A stretch of DNA of 13,194 nucleotides from a virus (IMGVR_UViG_2740892230_000011); one strand, 5' to 3'. Positions 1 through 10,952 are shown, numbered from the stretch's first letter. Numbers and translations: made by a program. Notes: generated from the sequence alone by a model not told the origin.

Positions 1-71
1 GTTACCGGGTACACATATTTCATCATGCCAGCGAGTCCGGTTCTGGCACGGAAGAAACCGGACGTTATGAT

Positions 72-482
72 TTAGTGCGGAAATATTTGTGTAGTGTTCT
101 GAATGTTCTCAGTAAAGAGTAATGAATTATCAAAGGTATAGTAATACCTTTTGTTTTCGTGGATATTTGTAATCCATCTGAAAACCCCTGCTGTAGCAAG
201 ATTTTTCCTGTATTCGTAAAATGATAACTCTCCTGATTTGAATCCTTTTAAGGTGGCTTCTATAAGGCATTTATTTTTTGAAAATCTTACATTTACAACC
301 TTACCCTGTCCTTTTATTAAAACCGTATTATCGTTTTCAAGAACAAGATGAATATTCTCTGTAGCTAAATAGTAAATGTAATGTGAGACATTGTGACGTT
401 TTAGTTCAGAATAAAACCAGTGATAGTTTAAATTATTTCGCACTTTATCGAATATTTGTTTAAAAATGGCAACCTGAGCCAT
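72..482 (-). CDS. Hypothetical protein, about 136 aa; possibly DUF1398 family (YbcV/YdfO-like) prophage accessory protein
   Basis: Minus-strand ORF with stop at 72-74. I prefer the ATG at 482-480 (MAQVAIFKQ...) over the track start at 497 because GGAAGG sits 7 nt upstream of it. GC content is visibly lower than the head genes. Family assignment rests only on recalled synteny (DUF1398 and DUF3950 genes lie beside nohD/nohA in DLP12 and Qin) and on size. Confidence 0.6.
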   Translation of the reverse strand: MAQVAIFKQIFDKVRNNLNYHWFYSELKRHNVSHYIYYLATENIHLVLENDNTVLIKGQGKVVNVRFSKNKCLIEATLKGFKSGELSFYEYRKNLATAGVFRWITNIHENKRYYYTFDNSLLFTENIQNTTQIFPH

Positions 483-538
483 TGTAGTACCTTCCATGTG
501 ATATGAGGGGCGTAGTCTGCACGATTATCTAAATTGCT

Positions 539-772
539 TCAATCTGGTCTGATCTGTTTTCTGAGCAATTCAGTAATGTCACTCTTTTCTTTGTTTGCTT
601 CAGGAGAAACTCTTTTTTCTGAGCACAGTCTCCGGCGGCAGGCTTCAATGACCCAGGCTGAGAAATTCCCGGACCCTTTTTGATCAAGAGCGATGTTAAT
701 TTGTTCAATCATTTGGTTAGGAAAGCGGATGTTGCGGATTGTTGTTCTGCGGGTTCTGTTCTTTGATGACAT
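539..772 (-). CDS. Small 77-aa protein with ribbon-helix-helix-like N-terminal region; possibly DUF3950 family (YlcI/YnfO-like)
   Basis: Minus-strand ORF starting at ATG 772-770 (MSSKNRTRR...). The stretch RNIRFPNQMIEQINIALDQKGSGNFSAWVIEACRRRL fits a basic strand followed by two helices, typical of small RHH DNA binders. Sits 41 bp upstream of the 136-aa ORF on the same strand, so likely co-transcribed. Position immediately before cos/Nu1 matches ylcI-nohD and ynfO-nohA synteny as I recall it. Confidence 0.6.
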   Translation of the reverse strand: MSSKNRTRRTTIRNIRFPNQMIEQINIALDQKGSGNFSAWVIEACRRRLCSEKRVSPEANKEKSDITELLRKQIRPD

Positions 773-836
773 AATGTTGCCCCGTATTCAGTGTTGCTGA
801 TTTGTATTATCTGAAGTTGCTTTTACGCTAATTTGA

Positions 837-981
837 TGCAGATCAATTAATACGATACCTGCGTAATAATTGATTATTTCTCGTGGTTTGATGGCGTACA
901 CACATGTCGTGATAAACCTTATGTAGATGATAATTATTATCATTTTCGTGGGTCCTTTCCGGCGATCCGACAGGTTACGGG
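837..981. repeat. Diverged first copy of the cos-upstream flank (lambda right-end-like), truncated by an N-run before cosN
   Basis: tgcagatcaattaatacgatacctgcg...cctttccggcgatccgacaggttacggg is repeated with roughly 10% substitutions at 992-1130; this copy runs into the N-run 982-991. Confidence 0.65.
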
Positions 982-991
982 NNNNNNNNNN

Positions 992-1171
992 TGCAGATCA
1001 ATTAATATGATACCTGCGTCATAATTGATTATTTGACGTGGTTTGATGGCGTAGATGCACGTTGTGACATGTAGATGATAATTATTATCATTTTGCGGGT
1101 CCTTTCCGGCGATCCGACAGGTTACGGGGCGGCGACCTCGCGGGTTTTCGCTATTTATGAAAATTTTCCGG
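992..1171 (+). other. cos site: lambda right-end flank, cosN cohesive-end sequence (1127-1138), and first ~30 bp of the lambda left end
   Basis: Matches the lambda genome termini as I recall them: right end ...cctttccgg(c/t)gatccgacaggttacg, then the 12-nt cohesive end gggcggcgacct, then cgcgggttttcgctatttatgaaaattttccgg. A perfect 8-1-8 palindrome atgataat-t-attatcat lies at 1072-1088. Confidence 0.85.
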
Positions 1172-1487
1172 GATCCATGTCCGGTTTCTCTTCAAGTTAA
1201 CTATATGAAAAATATAAAAACAGGTCTTCTGTGAACCGGACATGAACAAAAAACAGACATGTAAACCGGACATGACCGGTTTTGTTGTGATTGTGAGGTG
1301 AGAGTTTTTGCGAGGTGAGGAGTGGCTACGCAGANNNNNNNNNNGCAAGTTAACTATATGAAAAATATAAAAACAGGCTGTCCGTGAACCGGACATGTGC
1401 AAAAAACGGACATGTAAACCGGACATGACCGGTTTTGTGCTGATTGTGAGGTAAGAGTTTTTGCGAGGTGAGGAGTGGCTACGCAGA
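1172..1487. repeat. Non-lambda insert: two diverged tandem units (1172-1334 and 1345-1487, split by an N-run) carrying a CCGGACATG repeat array and paired GAGGTGAG repeats
   Basis: Lambda identity ends after ...aaattttccgg at 1171. Motif copies: inverted catgtccgg 1176-1184; direct ccggacatg 1236-1244 and 1266-1274, with degenerate cagacatg 1254-1261; unit B direct copies 1389-1397, 1407-1414 (cggacatg), 1419-1427. Near-palindrome aaaccggacatgaccggttt around 1263-1282. No convincing ORF. Confidence 0.6.
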
Positions 1488-1497
1488 NNNNNNNNNN

Positions 1498-1611
1498 CCG
1501 TAACCTAATGTTTTTATTTAAAACACCCCCTGAAAAGAAAGGAAACGACAGGTGCTGAAAACGGGCTTTTTGGCCTTTGTCGTTTCCTTTCTCTGTTTTT
1601 GTCCGTGGAAT
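1498..1611 (+). promoter_or_regulatory. cosB-like terminase binding region, copy 1 (lambda-type R2 and R1 elements)
   Basis: ccgtaacctaatgtttttatttaaaacaccccctgaaaagaaaggaaacgacagg...cgtttcctttctctgtttttgtccgtggaat matches the lambda cosB region, including gaaaggaaacga (R2) and cgtttcctttct (R1). Bounded by N-runs on both sides. Confidence 0.7.
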
Positions 1612-1621
1612 NNNNNNNNNN

Positions 1622-2262
1622 CTGAAGTTGCCAGGCATTTAAGTCTGACCGATCGCCAGCTTCGCAGATTGCAGAAATTGCCGGGTGCCCCGATATCGAA
1701 TAAGCGAGGGCAACTGGATCTGGATGCCTGGCGCGATTTTTACATATCGTATCTGAGGAGAAGTAAAAACGATGTGCCTGATGGCGATAGCGAAGACGAC
1801 TATGAGGAGAAATTGCTTATTGCCAGATGGGAACTGACAGCAGAACAGGCTGTTACACAGCAGTTAAAAAATGAGGTGTCAAAAGGAAAACTTATTGACA
1901 CCGGGTTCTGTATTTTTGCCCTCAGTAAGCTGGCAATGGNNNNNNNNNNAGAAAAGTTACTCATTGCCAGATGGAAGTTGATCGAAGAACAGGCAATCGC
2001 CCAGCAATTAAAAAATCAGGCGTCCGAAGGAAAGCTTATTGACACCGGATTCTGTATTTTTGCCCTCAGTAAGCTGGCAATGGCGTTATCCAGTACGCTT
2101 GATTCCATCCCTTTATCCATGCAGCGACAGTTTCCTGATTTAACACCGCGCCATCTTGACCATCTGAAAACCCTTATTGCTAAGGGGGCAAATCAGTGTG
2201 CGCGGGCAGGGGATAAATTACCGGATTTACTCGATGAATATATCAGAGCAACAACTGAATAA
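1622..2262 (+). CDS. Terminase small subunit, divergent Nu1 homologue; start codon masked by N-run, internal N-run with diverged duplication
   Basis: C-terminal half aligns with lambda Nu1 (TGFCIFALSKLAMALSSTLDSIPLSMQRQFPDL vs ETAFCTFVLSRIAGEIASILDGLPLSVQRRFPEL; ending LLDEYIRATTE vs LLSEYIEQSG). N-terminal region (EVARHLSLTDRQLRRLQKLPG...) is not lambda-like. The track start at 1552 is cosB sequence read in frame and is spurious. True length is about 185-190 aa once the duplicated segment across 1940-1949 is removed. Confidence 0.8.
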
Positions 2263-3474
2263 TATGATGGCTGCCGTTTCGGTTGCGCTGCAGCCTCTGG
2301 TCAGGGTTGTACCAATGACGGCAGTTGAATGGGCTGATCAAAATTATTATCTGCCTAAAGAATCCTCATACGGTGAGGGCGAATGGAAAACGCTGCCATT
2401 CCAGATCGCCATTATGAACTGTATGGGTAACGACCAGGTTCGCACGGTTAACCTGATTAAATCTGCCCGTGTTGGTTATACAAAGATGTTGCTGGGGGTG
2501 GTCGGGTATTTTATTGAGCATAAATCCCGAAACAGTCTGCTTTTTCAGCCCACGGATTCTGCCGCTGAAGATTTTATGAAGTCTCACGTGGAGGCGACGA
2601 TTCGGAACGTGCCATGCCTGAAAGACCTTTCCCCATGGCTGGGTCGTAAACATCGTGACAATACTCTCACGCTGAAACGCTTTTCATCGGGCGTCGGTTT
2701 CTGGTGCCTGGGCGGCGCTGCCGCCAAAAACTACCGTGAAAAATCCGTGGACGTGGTCTGCTATGACGAACTTTCCTCGTTCGAGCCGGATGTCGAAAAA
2801 GAGGGCTCGCCAACCCTGCTGGGGGATAAGCGTATTGAGGGGTCGGTGTGGCCAAAATCCATTCGCGGCTCGACGCCTAAAATCAAAGGCTCCTGCCAGA
2901 TCGAAAAAGCCGCTAACGAGTCGGCACACTTCATGCGTTTTTATGTGCCCTGTCCGCACTGTGGGGAGGAGCAGTATCTGAAATTTGGCGATGAGTCCAC
3001 GCCTTTTGGGCTTAAATGGGAGAAGGACAGCCCTGAAAGTGTTTTCTACCTCTGTGAACATCATGGCTGCGTGATCCATCAGTCTGAACTGGACCAGAGC
3101 AACGGGCGGTGGATCTGTGAAAACACGGGCATGTGGACCCGTGACGGTCTGACGTTTTTCAGCGCTGCGGGTAATGAAATTCCGCCGCCGCGCTCCATCA
3201 CTTTCCATATCTGGACGGCGTACAGTCCGTTCACCANNNNNNNNNNCCGGGGTGATGAAATTCCGCCGCCGCGCTCCATCACGTTCCATATCTGGACGGC
3301 GTACAGTCCGTTCACCACCTGGGTACAGATTGTCTATGACTGGCTGGATGCACTGAAAGATCCCAACGGCCTGAAAACCTTTGTGAACACCACGCTGGGC
3401 GAGACCTGGGAAGAGGCTGTGGGCGAAAAACTCGATCACCAGATACTGATGGATAAGGTTGTGCGTTACACGGC
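2234..3474 (+). CDS. Terminase large subunit homologue (gpA-like), N-terminal ~410 codons; 3' end cut by N-run, internal N-run at 3237-3246
   Basis: Starts MNISEQQLNNMM... at ATG 2234, overlapping the small-subunit stop as in lambda Nu1/A. Colinear with lambda gpA (TAVEWADQNYYLPKES, FWCLGG, KNYREKSVDV, LGDKRIEGSVWPKSIRGSTPK, CPHCGEEQYLKFGD, FHIWTAYSPFTTWVQIV, FVNTTLGETWE) but clearly diverged, most strongly in the first ~35 residues. The track start at 2177 is an upstream extension. Confidence 0.85.
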
Positions 3475-3484
3475 NNNNNNNNNN

Positions 3485-3603
3485 TCATAACTTAATGTTT
3501 TTATTTAAAATACCCTCTGAAAAGAAAGGAAGCGACAGGTGCTGAAAGCGAGCTTTTTGGCCTCTGTCGTTTCCTTTCTCTGTTTTTGTCCGTGGAATGA
3601 ACA
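3485..3603 (+). promoter_or_regulatory. cosB (lambda-type) terminase binding region upstream of Nu1; cosN is absent on this side of the N-run
   Basis: tcataacttaatgtttttatttaaaataccctctgaaaagaaaggaagcgacagg... matches the lambda left end from about 35 bp past cosN. R2-like gaaaggaagcga at 3524-3535 and R1 cgtttcctttct at 3568-3579. Confidence 0.85.
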
Positions 3604-4123
3604 ATGGAAGTCAACAAAAAGCAGCTGGCTGACATTTTCGGTGCGAGTATCCGTACCATTCAGAACTGGCAGGAACAGGGAATGCCCGTTCTGCGAGGCG
3701 GTGGCAAGGGTAATGAGGTGCTTTATGACTCTGCCGCCGTCATAAAATGGTATGCCGAAAGGGATGCTGAAATTGAGAACGAAAAGCTGCGCCGGGAAGT
3801 TGAAGAACTGCGGCAGGCCAGCGAGACAGATCTCCAGCCAGGGACTATTGAGTACGAACGCCATCGACTTACGCGTGCGCAGGCCGACGCACAGGAACTG
3901 AAGAATGCCAGAGACTCCGCTGAAGTGGTGGAAACCGCATTCTGTACTTTCGTGTTGTCGCGGATCGCAGGTGAAATTGCCAGTATTCTCGACGGGCTCC
4001 CCCTGTCGGTGCAGCGGCGTTTTCCGGAACTGGAAAACCGACATGTTGATTTCCTGAAACGGGATATCATCAAAGCCATGAACAAAGCAGCCGCGCTGGA
4101 TGAACTGATACCGGGGTTGCTGA

Positions 4124-4149
<26 letters not shown>
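3604..4149 (+). CDS. nu1: Terminase small subunit Nu1 (181 aa)
   Basis: MEVNKKQLADIFGASIRTIQNWQEQGMPVLRGGGKGNEVLYDSAAVIKWYAERDAEIENEKLRRE... is essentially the lambda Nu1 sequence as I recall it; the 3' end overlaps the A start. Confidence 0.97.
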
Positions 4150-7830
<3,681 letters not shown>

Positions 7831-7850
<20 letters not shown>

Positions 7851-9150
7851 TCTCCCGCATATTGCCAGTATGGCCTTTAATGAGCCGCTGATGCTTGAAC
7901 CCGCCTATGCGCGGGTTTTCTTTTGTGCGCTTGCAGGCCAGCTTGGGATCAGCCGCCTGACGGATGCGGTGTCCGGCGACAGCCTGACTGCCGGAGAGGC
8001 ACCCGCGGCGCTGGCGTTATCCGTTGATGATGACGGACCACGACAGGCCCGCAGTTATCAGGTCATGAACGGCATCGCCGTGCTGCCGGTGTCCGGCACG
8101 CTGGTCAGCCGGACGCGGGCGCTGCAGCCGTATTCGGGGATGACCGGTTACAACGGCATTATCGCCCGTCTGCAACAGGCTGCCAGCGATCCGATTGTGG
8201 ACGGCATTCTGCTGGATATGGACACACCGGGCGGGATGGTGGCGGGAGCATTTGACTGTGCTGACATCATCGCCCGTGTGCGAGACATAAAACCGGTATG
8301 GGCGCTGGCCAACGACATGAACTGCAGTGCAGGTCAGCTGCTTGCCAGCGCCGCCTCCCGGCGTCTGGTCACGCAGACCGCCCGGACAGGCTCCATCGGC
8401 GTCATGATGGCTCACAGTAATTACGGTGCTGCGCTGGAGAAACAGGGCGTGGAAATCACGCTGATTTACAGCGGCAGCCATAAGGTGGATGGCAACCCCT
8501 ACAGCCATCTACCGGATGATGTCCGGGAAACACTGCAGTCCCGGATGGATGCAACCCGCCGGATGTTTGCACAGAAGGTGTCGGCATATACCGGCCTGTC
8601 CGTGCAGGCTGTGCTGGATACCGAGGCTGCAGTGTACAGCGGTCAGGAGGCCATTGATGCCGGACTGGCTGATGAACTTGTGAACAGTACCGATGCGATC
8701 ACCGTCATGCGTGATGCACTGGATGCACGTAAATCCCGTCTCTCAGGAGGGCGAATGACCAAAGAGACTCAATCAACAACTGTTTCAGCCACTGCTTCGC
8801 AGGCTGACGTTACTGGCGTGGTGCAAGCGACGGAGGGCGAGAACGCCAGCGCTGCGCAGCCGGACGTGAACGCGCAGATCACCGCAGCGGTTGCGGCAGA
8901 AAACAGTCGCATTATGGGGATCCTCAACTGTGAGGAGGCTCACGGACGCGAAGAACAGGCATGCGTGCTGGCCGAAACCCCCGGTATGACCGTGGAAACG
9001 GCCCGCCGTATTCTGGCCGCAGCACCACAGAGTGCACAGGCGCGCAGTGACACTGCGCTGGATCGTCTGATGCAGGGGGCACCGGCACCGCTGGCTGCAG
9101 GTAACCCGGCATCTGATGCCGTTAACGATTTGCTGAACACACCAGTGTAA
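7831..9150 (+). CDS. C: Head assembly protease / minor capsid protein C (439 aa), GTG start
   Basis: GTG at 7831 preceded by gaggagaaga; translation (M)TAELRNLPHIASMAFNEPLMLEPAYARVFF... through ...NDLLNTPV matches lambda gpC. The track ORF from 7696 is an in-frame upstream extension inside B. Confidence 0.93.
8755..9150 (+). CDS. nu3: Scaffolding protein Nu3, in-frame internal start within C (131 aa)
   Basis: ATG at 8755 in the C frame, preceded by aggagggcga; MTKETQSTTVSATASQADV... Nested C/Nu3 arrangement is established lambda biology. Confidence 0.8.
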   Translation: MTKETQSTTVSATASQADVTGVVQATEGENASAAQPDVNAQITAAVAAENSRIMGILNCEEAHGREEQACVLAETPGMTVETARRILAAAPQSAQARSDTALDRLMQGAPAPLAAGNPASDAVNDLLNTPV

Positions 9151-9159
9151 GGGATGTTT

Positions 9160-9492
9160 ATGACGAGCAAAGAAACCTTTACCCATTACCAGCCGCTGGG
9201 CAACAGTGACCCGGCTCATACCGCAACCGCGCCCGGCGGATTGAGTGCGAAAGCGCCTGCAATGACCCCGCTGATGCTGGACACCTCCACCCGTAAGCTG
9301 GTTGCGTGGGATGGCACCACCGACGGTGCTGCCGTTGGCATTCTTGCAGTTGCTGCTGACCAGACCAGCACCACACTGACGTTCTACAAGTCCGGCACGT
9401 TCCGTTATGAGGATGTGCTCTGGCCGGAGGCTGCCAGCGACGAGACGAAAAAACGGACCGCGTTTGCCGGAACGGCAATCAGCATCGTTTAA
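9160..9492 (+). CDS. D: Head decoration protein D (110 aa)
   Basis: [43 protein letters not shown]...[11 protein letters not shown] matches lambda gpD; the track start at 9154 adds two residues and is less likely. Confidence 0.95.
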   Translation: MTSKETFTHYQPLGNSDPAHTATAPGGLSAKAPAMTPLMLDTSTRKLVAWDGTTDGAAVGILAVAADQTSTTLTFYKSGTFRYEDVLWPEAASDETKKRTAFAGTAISIV

Positions 9493-9510
9493 CCTGACCC
9501 TTCATCACTA

Positions 9511-9534
9511 AAGGCCGCCTGTGCGGCTTTTTTT
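9511..9534 (+). terminator. GC stem-loop followed by a T-run between D and E (terminator-like or RNA-stability hairpin)
   Basis: aag gccgc ctgt gcggc ttttttt: 5-bp GC stem 9514-9518 / 9523-9527, 4-nt loop, then seven T at 9528-9534, on the coding strand. Confidence 0.4.
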
Positions 9535-9547
9535 ACGGGATTTTTTT

Positions 9548-10822
9548 ATGTCGATGTACACAACCGCCCAGCTGCTGGCGGCAAATGAGCAGAAATTTAA
9601 GTTTGATCCGCTGTTTCTGCGTCTCTTTTTCCGTGAGAGCTATCCCTTCACCACGGAGAAAGTCTATCTCTCACAAATTCCTGGACTGGTAAACATGGCG
9701 CTGTACGTTTCGCCAATTGTTTCCGGTGAGGTTATCCGTTCCCGTGGCGGCTCCACCTCTGAATTTACGCCGGGATATGTCAAACCCAAGCATGAAGTGA
9801 ATCCGCAGATGACCCTGCGTCGCCTGCCGGNNNNNNNNNNTTATGTCAAGCCGAAGCATGAGGTGAATCCGCAGATGACCCTGCGTCGCCTGCCGGATGA
9901 AGATCCGCAGAATCTGGCGGACCCGGCTTACCGCCGCCGTCGCATCATCCTGCAGAACATGCGTGACGAAGAGCTGGCCATTGCTCAGGTCGAAGAGATG
10001 CAGGCAGTTTCTGCCGTGCTCAAGGGCAAATACACCATGACCGGTGAAGCCTTCGATCCGGTTGAGGTGGATATGGGCCGCAGTGCGACGAACAACATCA
10101 CGCAGTCCGGCGGCACGGAGTGGAGCAAGCGTGACAAGTCCACGTATGACCCGACCGACGATATCGAAGCCTACGCGCTGAACGCCAGCGGCGTGGTGAA
10201 TATCATCGTGTTTGATCCGAAAGGCTGGGCGCTGTTCCGTTCCTTCAAAGCCGTCAAGGAGAAGCTGGATACCCGTCGCGGCTCTAATTCCGAGCTGGAG
10301 ACAGCGGTAAAAGACCTGGGCGAAGCGGTGTCCTATAAGGGGATGTATGGCGATACGGCGATCGTCGTGTATTCCGGACAGTACGTGGAAAACGACGTCA
10401 AAAAGAACTTCCTGCCGGACAACACGATGNNNNNNNNNNGGGAGAAGCTGGATACCCGTCGCGGCTCTCATTCCGAACTGGAGACAGCGGTAAAAGACCT
10501 GGGCAAAGCGGTGTCTTATAAGGGAATGTATGGCGATGTGGCCATCGTCGTGTATTCCGGACAGTACGTGGAAAACGGCGTCAAAAAGAACTTCCTGCCG
10601 GACAACACGATGGTGCTGGGGAACACTCAGGCACGCGGTCTGCGCACCTATGGCTGCATTCAGGATGCGGACGCACAGCGCGAAGGTATTAACGCCTCTG
10701 CCCGCTACCCGAAAAACTGGGTGACCACCGGCGATCCGGCGCGTGAGTTCACCATGATTCAGTCAGCACCGCTGATGCTGCTGGCTGACCCTGATGCGTT
10801 CGTGTCCGTACAACTGGCGTAA
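9548..10822 (+). CDS. E: Major capsid protein E; length inflated by two N-runs with duplicated flanks
   Basis: MSMYTTAQLLAANEQKFKFDPLFLRLFFRESYPFTTEKVYLSQIPGLVNMALYVSPIVSGEV... through ...LLADPDAFVSVQLA matches lambda gpE. Segments YVKPKHEVNPQMTLRRLP and EKLDTRRGS...FLPDNTM each appear twice across N-runs 9831-9840 and 10430-10439; removing them gives about 341 aa. Confidence 0.93.
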   Translation: MSMYTTAQLLAANEQKFKFDPLFLRLFFRESYPFTTEKVYLSQIPGLVNMALYVSPIVSGEVIRSRGGSTSEFTPGYVKPKHEVNPQMTLRRLPXXXXYVKPKHEVNPQMTLRRLPDEDPQNLADPAYRRRRIILQNMRDEELAIAQVEEMQAVSAVLKGKYTMTGEAFDPVEVDMGRSATNNITQSGGTEWSKRDKSTYDPTDDIEAYALNASGVVNIIVFDPKGWALFRSFKAVKEKLDTRRGSNSELETAVKDLGEAVSYKGMYGDTAIVVYSGQYVENDVKKNFLPDNTMXXXXEKLDTRRGSHSELETAVKDLGKAVSYKGMYGDVAIVVYSGQYVENGVKKNFLPDNTMVLGNTQARGLRTYGCIQDADAQREGINASARYPKNWVTTGDPAREFTMIQSAPLMLLADPDAFVSVQLA

Positions 10823-10824
10823 TC

Positions 10825-10842
10825 ATGGCCCTTCGGGGCCAT
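10825..10842 (+). other. Perfect 7-bp stem-loop with UUCG tetraloop in the E-FI intergenic region
   Basis: atggccc ttcg gggccat, 3 nt after the E stop, followed by tgtttctctg. Candidate RNA processing or stability element, or weak terminator. Confidence 0.35.
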
Positions 10843-10863
10843 TGTTTCTCTGTGGATGAGTCC

Positions 10864-10942
10864 ATGACGAAAGATGAACTGATTGCCCGTCTCCGCTCGC
10901 TGGGTGAACAACTGAACCGTGATGTCAGCCTGACGGGGACGA
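10864..10942 (+). CDS. Fi: FI 5' fragment (first ~26 codons), cut by N-run; redundant diverged copy of the FI start
   Basis: atgacgaaagatgaactgattgcccgtctccgctcgctgggtgaacaactgaaccgtgatgtcagcctgacggggacga then N-run; the same start recurs at 11117 with a few substitutions. Confidence 0.6.
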
Positions 10943-10952
10943 NNNNNNNNNN

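Noticed and set aside
1-71. Inverted repeat ccggtt...aaccgg at the left edge as a terminator for the minus-strand cluster
   Set aside because: The loop is 13 nt and there is no U-run on the relevant strand; the window edge also prevents seeing the context.
773-836. Promoter for the minus-strand two-gene cluster
   Set aside because: I found -10-like hexamers (gataat) on the minus strand but no properly spaced -35 partner, so the call is too weak to list as a feature.
1552-1611. ATG at 1552 (MLKTGFLAFVVSFLCFCPWN) as the start of the divergent small subunit; same pattern at 3539-3745 (+)
   Set aside because: This is cosB sequence (aggtgctgaaa...cgtttcctttct) read in frame. Lambda Nu1 starts after gtggaat-gaacaATG, which in the first module falls inside the N-run 1612-1621.
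1151-1638. Track ORFs 1151-1426 (-) and 1354-1638 (-) across the cos-proximal insert
   Set aside because: Both read through N-runs and through the repeat array and cosB; they have no ribosome-binding site and their length is an artefact of the joined duplicates.
2177-2233. Upstream extension of the large-subunit homologue (MLRGQISVRGQGINYRIYS...)
   Set aside because: By homology to lambda A the start is MNIS at 2234; the extension lies inside the small-subunit gene in another frame.
2234-3474. Calling the truncated large-subunit homologue a pseudogene
   Set aside because: The truncation coincides exactly with an N-run, so the missing 3' part may simply be unassembled; there is no internal stop or frameshift in the sequence present.
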